The translations under genes and the position numbers were made by a program. Positions 26,969 to 41,900 of a stretch of DNA of 64,000 bases are shown piece by piece. Origin of the DNA: Felis catus (lineage: Eukaryota); contig NC_058368.1 of the NCBI RefSeq assembly GCF_018350175.1, positions 124,312,001-124,376,000 on the forward strand, in the 5' to 3' direction. The notes beneath the pieces were generated by a model, which saw only the letters and a program-made list of their open reading frames with translations, was not told the DNA's origin and did no database searches. The stretch's first letter is position 1, and the number at the start of each line of letters is the position of its first letter.

Positions 26969-28743
26969 CCTTTGTGAGAGCAAACGATCTTGCTTTCAGG
27001 GCCATCATACATTGCCTTGGTGGTAATTCAGACTGGACTAGAGAGCAGGTGTTTGGTTTCAAGCCTGGGGCTTCCATGCTGTTCCATGGTACAGGGGAAT
27101 CTGCCAGGTGCTTGTCTCACATCTGTCTTAATTACCAGAGGATTTGAAGACCCCTTAGTTTTGTTTTCTCAGAGCCCTCGTTCTGTGCTAAGGTAGCTTA
27201 GAAGTATTCCTCCCAAGATCCCCAGCCCAGTCTCTTATTAGCACCAGCTCTGTCCTGTTCTCAGCTCTCTAAGAAGCCACACAAAGCCCACCTTATCCCA
27301 GGTAGCAGGATACCAGGCACAGAGGCCCAGCAGGAACATTCTCAGATAGGCAGCATGATGAGTGGTAAGAAAACAGGTGCTGGGGCCAGACTGCCTCCAT
27401 TAGAATCCCTGCTCCATTACCAACCAGCCAGTAACCCTACACAGGCTATAAAACTCTCAGTACCCATATTTTCTTATCTGTGAAATAGAAATGATATTAA
27501 CACCTCCTTCTTAAAGATCTGTTGTGATTTTAAATGACTCAGTGCATATGAAACACTTAGAATGACATTTACATGCCAATGAATATTCTGTATAATTTAA
27601 TAAAGTTTTTAAAAGCTCTTGCTCTTTATATTTTGGGATCCCCTGATCTCAAAGATCAGGGAGAGATCAGCTAGATGTATACTGGGGGGTACCTTGTTTC
27701 TGTGGGCTTTATTTTGCTGACCCCTTGGACTCACAGCCCTGTATCTGTCCAGCACAGTGATGGTTGGGGAAAAGGGTCCCTAAGCCACCTGTCTGCCCTC
27801 CTGTTCCTGAAGCTGCTGATGTGAGAGTATCCTGAAGTATATCATCCCCCGACAGGTTAGAATGCATCACCTGGTAATGCGAGAACAGGACCCCAAAGAA
27901 ATAATTTCCTTCCTCCCTCTATCTGTCATCAAGAGTCATGAAAAGAGGCAGAGCTGCTGGCACTCTGGCAGGGAAAAAAAAAAAAGAATCTGCCAGTAAC
28001 CATGGAGACCATGAAAAAGACCTCCAGAGAGCCCTGTGGCTGCTTTCAGAGGAAATCGCTGTTTGCCTTCCAAGGCTTGCATGTGTAGCGTTGTACAAAC
28101 ACAACTCCTTTCTCTTTGGAGCTTCCTCTTAATGATCATGCCCCCTCTTTCACACTGGCGCCCTCTGAATGTCCTAGAAGCAAGAAAAGCCCTAGGGAGC
28201 TGAAAGGGAAAAAACTTGGACCTGCTGAGAAGCTCAGGGTTCAAAGCAGGAAAGGGACTCGTGAGATGAAACCTGCGTTTCTTTGCTTTTGTCCATCCAA
28301 CTTGCTATCGTGTTCATGATTATAAATCCCTTATTCTTGCATCAGCTTAAATCCCCACTGAGCTGCAGCTTAGCTAAGGCTGTACATTGGAACTGGCTGG
28401 TTTGTTCATGAGTTGTTTGCATCACAGAACCTTGCTGGAGGGCTAATTGAGGTGTCCCCTTGGCTTGTTTACAAGCAGCTACAATTTGAGGCTTCATTCT
28501 AAATAACCTCTAGTTGAGCACTGAGTGGAAGGAGCATGCTTAGATTTGGAAATCTAAGTATTAGTAGATTTTAAAGTGAGTATGAATACCTGAGTACAAG
28601 GACATAATGTGGCCCATATATATGTTTAGGATTAAGGGACAAATAGAGATGAATGTACACTAACAAAGGTAAGGAAGGGAGTTTCAGGGAAGCTGAATGG
28701 TTGAATTTGATGCTCATTGGATTCTAAAGTCTAGAAATGCTCT

Positions 28744-29398
28744 TATAGGGGCCAAGGGCAGGCCACCCTAAGATGGGCCACTTTGGCACGGACATTACTT
28801 TGAGTTAAAAGCAGTCAAAACCCAGTTGATTCAGGGGCGCCTGGGTGGCTCATTTGGTTAAGCATCTGACTTCAGCTCAGGTCATTATCTCAATATTTGT
28901 GGGTTTGAGCCCCACATCTGAGCCTGCTTCAGATCCTGTCTCTCTCTCTCTCTGCCCCTCCCCTGTTCATGCTCTGTCTCTCTCAAACATAAACATTAAA
29001 AAAAAAAATTAAAAAAAAAGCCAGTAGATTCAGAGAACACTCTTTAGCTCCCCCTCAATTGCTTGCCTGTACCAGAAAGAGAGCTATTAATAGAGATTCC
29101 CTTTCACTTAACAAACTTACCTGCCTAATAGGGCAATCTAAGTTTTCCAAACATTTCCTCTTAACTTCCTCCTAATGGAATTCTCCCCTTTGTATCCTCA
29201 GACCCCAACACCTCTCCTTAGCTCTTCTATATTCCCTTAGTCAGTTGCCTGTCTTTGGAATTTCCATGTCTGTGTGGATTCCCTGTACATAGGCTACTAA
29301 ATTTGATTTTTTTTTCTGTTAATCTGTCTCATGTCAGTTTGATTCTTAGTCCAGTTAGAAGGATCTTGAAGGATGGAAGAAATTCTTCCTCCCCAACA
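28744..29398 (+). mobile_element. MER34-like ERV1 solo LTR interrupted by a SINEC (28834-29019)
   Basis: Starts t(a)taggggccaagggcaggccaccc and ends ttcttcctccccaaca. The SINE has TSD ccagt(t/a)gattcag. Confidence 0.7.
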
Positions 29399-32300
29399 CA
29401 CCTGTATGTGAACATATGTTTTGTGGACCTGTGTGTGCTAAGGTGAAGAAGGCTGGAGTGAGAGCTGGTGGGGTGGCAGCAGCAGGGATTGATTCTTTAG
29501 CACTGATCTATGGTATTTCTTTATTTCTGTCTATCTCCTATTGTGATTATAACCCCATCATCACCATCAGCAATACTTACCAAACACTGACAATGGACAG
29601 TGGTCAGTGTTTTTTTACATATTTGCTCATTTATTTCTGCCGATTTACCATGAAATAAATACTGTATTATTTCTACTTTCTAGGAAAGAAAGCTAGCTGA
29701 GTCTTGACAAGTTAACTTTGTCCAAGATAATGTGGTTACTAAGAGATGGACCAGATTCAAACCTGGTCAGTCTGACTCCAGAGCTGGCAGTCCTGACCAT
29801 CCTTTACCTCAATCCAAAAGGGATATTAGGTGGTTTTTAGATACATACAGTAAAACAAGATTACAAGTGAAGAAACTAGTCCAAGAGAAAATAAGGGCAG
29901 GGTAAATAAGATGCAGTTATGGTCCTACACATGTGCCAGAGGTGGGACACAAACTGGGGTTTGGGTTTTTTAAACATATAGAGAGAAATCATAGGTCACA
30001 GGGCCCACAGAGTAAAAATAAATAATTTATCAGGAGAAACACAGCAATTCTTCCTTTAGTAGAATTTTTTTGTGTGTGGTTTCTCATTTTTTAGATGCTA
30101 TAACAAAGTATTTCCTGACAATGAAACAATAAGGAGTTTTGTAAAGCTTCTTAGGGTAGGGCTTAATGACAGACTGTGGCCATTAAAGTACATCCTACAG
30201 GGTCCACAGTAGTGGATCCTAGGAACAGAGTAGGCACACGGGCAGGTTACTTAGCCTCACACATGCACTAGGCAATTAATTATCTTCTTAGTGCCTCAGC
30301 TTTCTTATCCATAAAATGGGGAGAGAAATATTACCTATCACATAAAGGTGTGGTCAAGATTAGGTGAGATAGTACATGGAAAGCACTCAGAACTTTGCTC
30401 AGAACATGGTAAATAATCAGTGCTATTTGTCTTTCTTTTCCTCATCATTGTAAATGCAGACCTATAGGCTTCAGTGGTTAGCCAAATCGGCTTACAGTTG
30501 TGTCCACTTAGGAAAACTAAGCAAACAGGTTTGCATGGCCTAATGGAAGGTCGCTCCTGCATTATGGTTGTAGGATTAGGAAGTACCCACAAGCCAGACT
30601 ATATACATATATATATATTTTTTTCAGAAAACAATTATGAGTTCATGCTGATACATAAACAAATGGATGATAGAAGGCCAACTTTTGTGCCATAGGACAT
30701 CGCTTGGCTACTTTCTGCTTGAAACACTGAATGCAGATGCTATCAAACACTGCCATGGTCATAAAATTTCTCATAAACCAATGATAAAATATCTAATTTT
30801 AAGCAATGTAATGCCATAGGGAATTTTTTAAGGCAAGCTAGTTTCTAAATGTTCTCTAGGTAACAAAGCCAGTTGCTTTGCTATATGGGTTGTTAAGGTT
30901 TCACACGATTCATTTTTGGAGAACATTTACCAGAAATGATGATTTTGGTTTTGGAATAGTTAATCTTAATCTTTGGGTTTTCCTAGTTGCCACAGCTAGT
31001 ATTATCATAAATAAAGGAGGATTTTATCTTCCAGAATCAGCTAAATGTCCATTTAGGACAATAAAACCATATCATCAGCACACAGAAGGATGTTTATTTT
31101 TCTGGCTTTAGCTTTTCTGAAGGTGGTGGCTGGGTCACTAGGTATAATTTCAAGAAAAGGGGAAACCACAACTATGTGTTATCTCAGTTATAGTGATGTA
31201 ATGTAGATCCTAGAGAGTCTAGGGACACTGCTGGGCATAATATGAAATAGACTAATATGTCCACAGAAGAGGAAATACAGTTGGATTGGTTTTTAATTTA
31301 TCACTGTAGTGATTTGAAATGATGAGCCTAATCAATTGGCCAAATTAACATCAAGCATGCTTTTGACTGAGAAGTCTTAGTTCACCCCTCAGGTGCAATG
31401 GCCTGATGACAGAGACAGCTTTTCAGCAAAATTCATGAACCCTTTTCTTAGGTTGGAGTCATGGTTGGGAGGTGGATTCCATATTCCCAAGTACTCCTTA
31501 AACACAAGGTGGTACATGACCAGTGTGGTAAATGACTAGTCCTTATTAAAAGAATGTGAGCAGAAGTGAATTGAATCAAAAGCTGAGATTTTAAAGAGAT
31601 AAGGTGGGGAGACTTCTTCATACTACTCTTTCCCCATCCCCAGACTGAACAAAAAGAAGCCACAAGATGGAAGAAACTTAGGTCTCTGAGTTACCTTATG
31701 GAGGGGAGCCACCCTCCAATCCAGGAACACCTAACTGGGACAAAGCTTTTATTGTTAAAAAACTGAAGCTTTGGGTTTTATTTGTTACAAAAGTTATAAT
31801 CACCATAATAAAAGCCAGTATTTACCTTCCAGAATCAGGCAGATTTTGAAATGACCACTCAGTGAGGCTGGTAAACCAAGTAGAGTAAATCAAGGTAGAA
31901 TAGTCTTAAAGGTACATTTTAAACATATATTTGAAACATTATTCTTGGGATAACAGTATGATTTTGTGACTAAATATTTGTGGGTTGTCTAGAAAAGTCA
32001 TTCTTTCTTTATCCCAATTCATCAAAAGGGAGTCATCTCTTTATGATGTCTATTGATTGTTAGCTCTGAGCTTGCTGTTTCTTCTCTAAACTTCCTTGTT
32101 TTGTTGGGCTTTGAGTAAATCCTAGTTTTCTATTATTCCTGGATATAATCCAATGATAATAAGAGGCAATGCTTGGTTGGGAATAGTTCTGGAATTTCCC
32201 AAACCCTTTTGGTGTAAAACAGAATGAAATGAAGAAATCCTGTTACCTCTCAACCTGAAGAGGCCTTGGTCTCATGAACCCCCTCAGAGCCCCTCATGTT

Positions 32301-33296
32301 AGTTCTGAATTCAGGGTCTAGAGGATGAGGCTCCCAGATGATGAGGCACCCCCTGTGGTGCTGGCCTGTGCCTAGCTCTGGGGAATGCTAAATTCCTGTC
32401 AGAGGCATGTTCTGTGCTAGGGAGGTTAAGGAAGTGCCCAGAATGTTGCTGATACCACACTGGGAAATGCTATTATTGGCTGCTCCAAGGGGCTTTCAAA
32501 AGATTGGACACCAAGGACTTTTAGACACAGAGGATTGGGGAAGCTACACTTGGTCTGGACAAAACTTTTTCCTTTGTTGCTCAATTGTCTTACAAAAATG
32601 TGACCTTCTTGATCATCCAACTTATTTGTGTATATTTCTTCACACAGCTCCCAGAAGCTCACAGGCCTGGTTTTCCTTCTAACCCACTGGTTCCCCTGTC
32701 TCTCTCCTTTGCTGAGTCCCTTGCCTCCTTCCAACCCATAAATGTTGGCTTGACTCTGACTTGAGACATTAATCTTTCTGCCCAGTCAGTGCTCTTCCAC
32801 TCCCCTCCCCACTATTTGAAATTATCCTATTTATTTTAAAATTACCCTATTTATTTGTTTACCAGAGTGCTGCTTAGCTCCTTCACTAGAATGTAACCTC
32901 TGTGAGGTCAGAGACGCTGTTGTGCTTACTGGCAACCACTGGGGCCTAGAGGAGCACTTGGTCCATGATAAGCACTCGACAGTGACTGAATCAATAAATG
33001 ACTAATTGAATGGATGAATATGTGAATTCAGATGATGAAAAATAGCATTTCTTAAATCAGAGTGTAGGAGAAAGGGTTTTTCTTTTTAATTTATTAAACA
33101 GGAGAGGAATGAGATTAGAGTTTAAGATTCTTCCAGGATATTTTGATTCACTGAGATGAGGTCCTATCTGCTGCAATGTAAAAAAAAAAAAAATGGATGG
33201 GCTTTTTCTTTATTCACCTCAGAGGGTTAATTAGGTGACCTTCTAATCCAAGTTAAGTCTCTCCAAATGTGAGGATTGTGTGAACCTGGCTACTTA

Positions 33297-33536
<240 letters not shown>

Positions 33537-34564
33537 TTAAGGATCACAACCTCAACTTCAGCAGAAAGCTGCAGACCTTGACATATGGGTTCCTGAGTAT
33601 TCTGGAGGACCTTTACCCTGTCGGGTATAGATGGATTCCTAGACTCTCTCTTCTGTCTCCCATTCCCCATTTCTTACTTGCTGATATTCCACTTTTATAT
33701 GCAGTTCCTAGGGATCAATATGGCATCTGGTAGTTCTAACCTCGCATTCTGTAGGCTTAGCTTCAAATCATGCTTGTCAGTGCTCTGACGTGGGTGCCAT
33801 GGTCCAATTCCAAAAACTTTACTCCTATATCATTCTTGAGTCCCAGCCTCCACTCTGTGCCTCAGTTTATCTATATCTGATAAACAGGCTTTCGTCCTCT
33901 TTTCCAAGTTCTCTTTCTAGTAACCACAAGGATAATATTTTTCTTATTCTAGTCAGTCTCCCTCCCAATGTCTAGAATCCTAGTCTAAGCCATAATCCAA
34001 TGGCTGAGACCCTGCCATCTTGTTGACTGATATGTCTGATGCTGAATATGGGGGTATCACCAGGACCCTCTAAGGGTTCCCTGTCGCTGGTCTTCACCCA
34101 CTATGAATTCCCTAAGAAACTTTGTGTGAACTCCCTGCTGTCCACTAATTCTCCAGATTGAGAGTGGTGTCCCCTCCAGATGAGAGGGGACATCTCATGC
34201 TTGTCCCCTTCTTGGTTAGCACTTACAGCTGGGTTATTTCCCCACTATCTCTCATTTCAAAGGGCAGATACAATCACAGGCTAGTCCTCCCTCCCTTTCT
34301 GTTCTCTGCTCCTTTAAGTAACTGACCCAGCCCTACTGATAACCAAGTTTGGCCAAGCAGAATGCTTCCTACATTCATCCAGAACCATTGGGGTTACTCC
34401 TTCAGTTGTAATTAGATATATAAGTAGATGAAACAATTATTACAAAGAATAATATATATGATAACTCTCTGTCCTGCCTTCATTCCTTTATAGCTAAACT
34501 TCAAGACTACCCCATCAGAAGAGAAAAATGACTGAAGATTTCCTCTCACAATACTGGAAGCAAT

Positions 34565-34787
34565 GGGGGGCTCCTGGGGGGCTCAGTCAGTTAAGTGTCC
34601 AGCTTCAGCTCAGGTCATGAACTCACCGTTTGTGAATTCAAGCCCCGTGTTGGGCTCTGTGCTGACAGCTCTGAGCCTGAAGCCTGCTTTGGATTCTGTG
34701 TCTCCCTTCTCTGTTTGCCCCTCCCTCAATCACACTCTGTCTCTTTCTCTCAAAAATGAATACACATTAAAAAATAAAAAATAAAAA
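34565..34787 (+). mobile_element. SINEC
   Basis: Body with TSD aatactg(g/a)aagcaatg. Confidence 0.92.
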
Positions 34788-36597
34788 AATACTGAAAGCA
34801 ATGAAAATCAAAATGTTACTAAATGAATGGAGAAGAAAGATAATAAGAAAAGAACTTTTTGGTTCTGGAAAGTCTGGAAAAAATCTTTTAATAAAAGCAC
34901 ATTCGTAGGTTATAATATTGAATATGGTTTTGAATTGACCAATAATATATAAGTCTTAAGTAGAAACAAATGTTTTTCGGTCTTAAGTTATAATTTACTA
35001 ATGTATTAAATCTGGTTTTAGTTTCTAATGTCCAAGTCATCAAGATCTCTGATTAAAAGGAAAAAATATGACAAAGAAACCCAAAAGAAAGGCATGCTGA
35101 ACAAATTTTAGAGTTGCCTAAGTTTTACACTTATTGAAAAACAAATCTCCTGATGGGGGAGGGTTTGAAACATTTTTATCATCTTGCAACATTTCCTGGA
35201 ACTATGTGTATGTGGTTTTCTTTTTTTCTTCAGAAAAGAAATCAGAAAAATCACTGAATACACTTGAAACCAGTGGTCATTATTCAGAATCAACAAGTAC
35301 ATTTTTTTATTTACTATGTGCTGGATGATTCCGCATGTGTTTCTCCTTCAGTTGTGATAAGTGTAGGATATTATTTTCACTACATTTTACAAATGAGGAA
35401 GGAGACACAAAATGGTGAGGTGATGTGTCTAAGGTTACACATCCATGGTAAGTGTATGTGTATACTGAGTTTGGAGCTGTGATGGACACTAAGTTGCTAA
35501 GTACGCCCTTTGCCAAGTTTCTCTTAATACTTGAATTCAAACATTGCCAGAAGGGGTTGGTGGGCTCCACAGTGCAATCCCCAGGACCACCCACCCCCTT
35601 CTCAGGGAACCTCAGAAGGAATAGGGAGGGGTCCTTGCTTGGGTTGCCACAAAGAAGTGGGGGCATCAATAAGAGGGTGATGCCACATGCTGTCATGCAA
35701 GCATACTTCCTTCATGTAGCTCCTTTGAATGCATTCCTAGAAAGACTTGTCTGCAAAGGTGGCACCTCTCTAGGCTCACTATTCACTGTGATCTACAGGA
35801 TACTTGCTGTAAAAAGCCATAGCAGGAGCAATTATTAAGACATGTGCAAAAGGGAAGGGGCCTGGGAGGGCATTGCTGTGTCTCTCAGAGATATGACACT
35901 TCACCTACTAGTCATAGACCAATGGTTTTCAAACTTGGGTGGGTATAAAAATTGCCCAGGAGGTTTGTCTGCATAGACATCTTCTTTCCATCCACTACCC
36001 TGTCTGCTCCCAGTGTGTGACTCAGGAGGGCTAGTGTGTATTCCTGGAAAGTACATTTGAAACAAGTATTCCAACACTTCAAAAAAATTATTTCCAGTTT
36101 AAATCTAAGTCCTAGAGAAAGAGGGCATGCAAATAGAAAAAGGAAAAGTAGTTGCTAAAAAAAAAAATCTCTGTGATAATTGGGCAATGCCTCATGCAAT
36201 CTATGTTAGATTGTGGCAGGAAGGTGTGGTATTTGGGAAAGGGAAGAGTCCTATTTCAGCAAGGCAGTTTCAGGACACCGTGGGGCTTGCCCAGGATGAA
36301 TCCACCACTGTCAGTGGGCAGCAAGAGCAAATCCAAGAATCTGCTTTGGCTGCAACAGTAGTTATGGTGAAGATTTCTGGGAGCCTCATTAGAGGTGAAG
36401 GAGAATGATGACCCACATGTGGCACTAAGAAGAACTTGCTTGACATAGACTCAAAGTAGTTCTGGGGTTTCCTAGAAGGAATGCAGGGAGGATTTGAAAA
36501 GAGAGGGGCTTGAACGTTTTCAGTAAGGCTTACCAAGTTTACCCAATGTTGGGAAATGCTAAACTGAAATCTCTTGATGAGGACTGGCTCTATACAA

Positions 36598-36806
36598 TTT
36601 TTATTTGTTTGTTTGTTTGTTTATTTAGAGAGACAGAGAGGAGGTAGGGGGAGGGGCACAGAGAGAGGGAGAGAGAGGATCCCAAGCAGGCTCAATGCTG
36701 TCAGCACAGAGTCTGACACAGGGCTTTAACTCACAAACCATGAGAACATGACATGAGCTGAAATCAAGAGTCAGACGCTTAACCGACTGAGCCACCCAGG
36801 TGCCCC
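36598..36806 (-). mobile_element. SINEC
   Basis: Reverse body with TSD acaattttt. Confidence 0.9.
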
Positions 36807-37096
36807 AACAATTTTTAAATTGAGTACTGATTGTGGGTTGAGTCCTATGCTTGGTATTGCCCCTGAATAGTCTGGTATTTCTCCCCTACTCCTACCCCCG
36901 ACATTTCCCAGCATTCCCCATATTTCTCACCCTCTAGCTTCCACTTAGCTGATCCTACCCCACAATGTTACCTGCAGCTTCAAATGCTACCACCCACTCA
37001 GGGTATTAATGGAGTGGGTTCTTAAAAAGAGTACCAAGTAAGTCCAGAAATGCTGCAAGGCAAATTCTGCTGTTAAAATGGAAAATAGTATTTTTC

Positions 37097-37309
37097 TTTT
37101 AAAAAAATGTTTATTTACTTATTTTGAGAGAGATGGGGGGAGAAAGAATGGGGGAAGGGGCAGAGAGAGAGGGGAGAGAGAATCCCAAGCAGACTCTGCA
37201 CTGTCAGCGTGAAGCCAGATGTGGGGCTTGATCCCACGAACTGTGAGATCTTGACCTGAGCTGAAATCAAGAGTCAGATGCTTAACTGACTGGGCCATCC
37301 AGGTACCTC
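37097..37309 (-). mobile_element. SINEC
   Basis: Reverse body with TSD aata(g/a)tatttttct. Confidence 0.9.
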
Positions 37310-37440
37310 AATAATATTTTTCTAATGGCAAAATCACCTCTATCTTAGAAGATTGTTAGGAAGATCCAAAACGTCTTAGATCCACAAAAATAGCTCTTAG
37401 TAGTGCTATAAGTGTCAGAGATGATTGGAGCAAAGCTTCA

Positions 37441-37707
<267 letters not shown>

Positions 37708-38907
37708 TTATAAAAATATTTGACTTCTGAAATTTATTAGCAGGCTTTATTTGCCTGTTCACTTATTATGCTCTTTGCAAATAAAGGAACTGGCCACAAC
37801 ACAAATTCAGCTGTTGAACTATATGAGACTGAAGAGAAATGAAGATGATTGTTGCTACATTTATATAAACTATGTATTTTCTTTCTGGCTGTATTAAATC
37901 TTCTGTAATTTTGCAGTAATTCATTGATTAAAACAATTTGTGCCAATGATTAAAAAATCCTCATTACTACCATGAGAATCAGCACCATTTAGGACATGAC
38001 AGGTTTTTCCTAACCTGGTTTGAACAATGTAGAATCTGGAAGTGTCTGGAAGGCAACTCCAGCCAGGCAGACAGGTGCAGCATATTTTTATTAGAGATGG
38101 TAGATGATAAAGGGCAGTGATGGTTGCCTAGCCTTGGGTTACACACATTCTTAAGAAAAGGGTCCACCTTTATTGAAACACTTCTCTGTTTTGGTTAGTA
38201 ATATAGGCCAAGGCATCTGGTTCTTTGTGGGTTTTCTTTCTGAAGAAAAACAGATGAAATTACACATTCTGATTAACTCATAGACCTGTTGGAACAAGCC
38301 AGCCTGGTGAGGCAGAATCCAGGTGCTTCACACTCTTCAGGTGAAGAAACCAAACCTCGGACACAATTCTTTGCCAAGCTGAGACTTGTTTACATGCTTT
38401 TCATTGATAACATATTCTTAGAGTGCGCTGCAAGGTACTCGAAATGGACAAATTGTGGGGCTGCTGTTCTCATTGCAAGATTACAGCTGGCAACCCAGTT
38501 TCTCTACAAATCTCTCCTTTCTAATACTCTTTGGGTAAAAGCAGCAATGAAGCACTATGTCTTGAATAGTGGCAACAGTTCCTTCTTTATTTCTTCCTCT
38601 CTCTCTTCTCTCCTTCCTTCCCTCCTTCCATCTCTCCCTCCCTCCCTCCCTCCCTCCCTCTTTCTTTCTTTGTTTTCGAGGATGTTGAATTGCTCTAGCA
38701 CCTTTTGTTGAAGAGGCTTTCTTCCACTGAATTACATTTGCACCTTTGTCAGAGATCAGTTGAGTATATTTGTGTGAGTCTATTTCTGAATTCTTTGTTC
38801 TTTTCCATTAATCCATGTCTGTCCCTCAGCCGTTACCACATAGTCTTGATTTCTGCAGCCACATAATAGGTCTTGAATTTTGGAAGACTGATTCCTCCCA
38901 GTTTATT

Positions 38908-41900
38908 CTTTTTTTTTTTTTAACATTTTTAATTCCAGTTAGTTAACATACAGTATAATATTAGTTTCAGGTGTACGATATAGTGATTCAACACTTCTGT
39001 ATACGACCTGGTGCTCATCATGAGGAGTGCACTCTTTAATCTCCATCTCCAGAATTGTGATGCCCCCAACTATGCTTTTCTTTTTCAAGATTGCTTTGGT
39101 TATTTAGGGTCTTTTGCGGTTCCATACAAATTTTACAGTTGTTTGTTCTAGTTCTCTGAAAAATGCTGTTGGTGTTTTGATAGGGATTGCATTAAATGTG
39201 TCAATTACATTGGATAATATGGACATTTAACAATGTTTGTTCTTCTAGTCCATGAGCATGGAATGTCTTTCCATTTCTTTGTGTCATCTTTAATTTCTTT
39301 CATCAGTGTTTTATAATTTTCAGAGTATAGGTCTTTCACCTCTTTGGTTAGGTTTATTCCTAGGTATTTTATGGTTTTTGATGCAATTGTAAGTGGGATT
39401 GCTATCTTAATTTCTCTTTCTGCTGTTCATTATTGTCGTAGAGAAATTCAATAGACTTCTGCACATTGATTTTGTATCCTGTGACTTTACTGAATCATGT
39501 ATCAGTTCTAGAAGTTTTTTGGTGGAGTCTATTGTGTTTTCTCTCTATATATAGTATTGCGTCATCTGCAAATAATAAAAGTTTTACTTCTTCCTTACTG
39601 ATTTGGATACCTTACTTCTTTTATTCTTCTGATCATTGTAGCTGGGACTTCCAGTAGTATGTTGAATAGAAGTGGTGAGAATGGACATCCTTGTCTTATT
39701 CCTAACCTTAGGGGAAAAGGTCTCAGTTTTCCCCCATTGAGGACAATGTTAGCTGTGGGTTTTTCACAGATGGCCTTCATTATGTAGAGGTATGTTCCCT
39801 CTAAACCTACTTTGTTGAGGGTTTTTATCATGAATGGGTATCGTACTTTGTCAAATGCTTTTCCTGAATCTTACTGAAATGATCATATGGTTCTTATTCT
39901 TTCTCTTATTGGATGTGATGTGTCATGTTGATTAATTTGTGAATATTGAACCATCCTTGCAACCCAGGAATAAATCTACTTGATTGTGGATGATTTTTTT
40001 TTAACATATTATTGAATTAGGTTTGCTAGTATTTTATTAAAGATTTTTGCATCTATGTTCATAAGGGATACTGGCCTGTAGTTCTCTTTTTTTTAATGGT
40101 GTCTTTATCCAGTTTTGGTATCAGTATAATGCTGGCTTCATAGAATTAATTTGGAAGTTTTCTTTCCTTTACTATTTTTGGGAACAGTTTGAGAAGAATA
40201 GGTATTAACTTTTCTTTAAATGTTTGGTAGAATTTTCCTGTGAAGCCCTCTGGTCCTAGATATTTGTTTGTTGGGAGTTTTTTGATTACTGATTCCATTT
40301 CTTTGCTTGTTATTGGTTTGGTCAAATTTTCTGTTTCTTTATGTTATAGTTTTGGTAGTTTATATGTTTCTAGGAATTTATCTATTTCTTCTGTGTTGTT
40401 CAAATTGTTAGCATATAGTTTTTCATAATATTCTCTTACAATTGTTTGTATTTCTGAGGTGTTTGTTGTTATTTCTCCTCTCTCATTTATTATTTTACTT
40501 GACTATTTTCACATTCTTTCTTGGTAAGTCTGGTTAGAGCTTTATCAATTTATTTATTTATTTTTCAAAGAATCAGTTCCTGGTTTTATTGATTTGTTCT
40601 ATTGTCTTTTTTTTTGTTTCTATATCATTTATTTCTTCTCTAATCTTTATTATTATCCTCTCCTTCCTTCTAGTGGCTTTAGGTTTTGTTTATTATTCTT
40701 TTTCTAGCTCCCTTTGATGTAGGGCTAGGTTGTTTATTTGAGATTTTTCTTGCTTCTTGAGGTAGACCTGTGTTGCTACTTATAGCAACCATTTTTGCTG
40801 CATCCCAAAGGCTTTGGATCACTGTGTTTTAATTTTCATTTGTTTCCATGTACTGTTTAATTTCTTCTTATATTTCCTGGTTGACCCATTCATTGTTTAA
40901 TAGCATGTTATTAAAAAAAATAGCATGTTATTTAACTGCCATGTATTTCTGGTCCTTCCAGATTTTTTCTAGTGGTTGATTTCTAGTTTCATAGCATTGG
41001 GGTCAGAAAAGACATATGGTATGACTTTGATTTTCTTGAATTTGTTAAGACTTGTTTTTTGGCCTAATATGTGATCTTTTCTAGAGAATGTTACATGTGC
41101 ACTTGAAAAGAATGGGTATTCTGCTGTTTTAGAATGTAATGTTCTAAATATATCTGTTAAATCCATCTGGTCCAGTGTGTCATTCAAAGCCGTTATTTCC
41201 TATTTTCTGTTTAGATGATCTGTCCATTGATGTAAGTGGGGTTAACATACCCTAGTATTATTGTATTATTATCAATCAGTTCCTTTCTGTTTGTTAGTAA
41301 CTGTCTTATGTATTTGGTTGCTCCTATGTTGGGTGTGTAAATACTTACAATTGTTTCATCTTCTTGTTGGCTTGTCCCTTTTATTATTATATAGTGTCCT
41401 TTATCTGTTGTTACAGTTATTTATTTATTTATTTAATATTTATTTTTGAGAGACAGAGAGAGACAGTGTGTGAGTAGGGGAGCAGCAGAGAGAGAAGGAG
41501 ACACAGAATCCGAAGCAGGCTCTAGGCCCTGAGCTGTCAGCACAGAGCCCAATCTGGGGTTCAAACCCATGAATTGTGAGATCATGTCCTGAGCTGAAGT
41601 TGGACGCTTAACTGACTGAGACATTCAGGTGCCCCCAATCGTTGTTTTAAGGTCTAGTTTGTCTGATATATGTACTGCTACTTTGGCTTTCTTTTCACAT
41701 CTATTTGCATGATAGATGTTTCTCCATCCCCTCATTTTTCACTCTGCAGGTGTCTTTAGGTCTGAAAAGAGTCTCTTGTAGGCAACATATAGGTGGGTCT
41801 TGTGTGGTTTTTTATCCATTCTATTGCCCTATGTCTTTTGATTGCAGTGTTTAGTCCATTTACATTCAAAGTAATTACTGATAGATACGTATTTATTGCC

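Noticed and set aside
27641..27661. 9-bp perfect hairpin ccctgatct-caa-agatcaggg
   Set aside because: Too short to be distinguished from chance in 64 kb.
35307..35838. Overlapping 128-129 aa ORFs on opposite strands
   Set aside because: There is no recognisable homology or splice context, and they partly overlap MIR-like sequence. The length is compatible with chance.
38289..38711. Longest ORF in the track (140 aa)
   Set aside because: It has a non-ATG start, runs through a low-complexity (CCTC)n tract into L1 sequence, and has no recognisable domain.
40899..40935. Short duplication aatagcatgttatt x2
   Set aside because: An ordinary micro-duplication or tiny poly-A insertion inside an L1.
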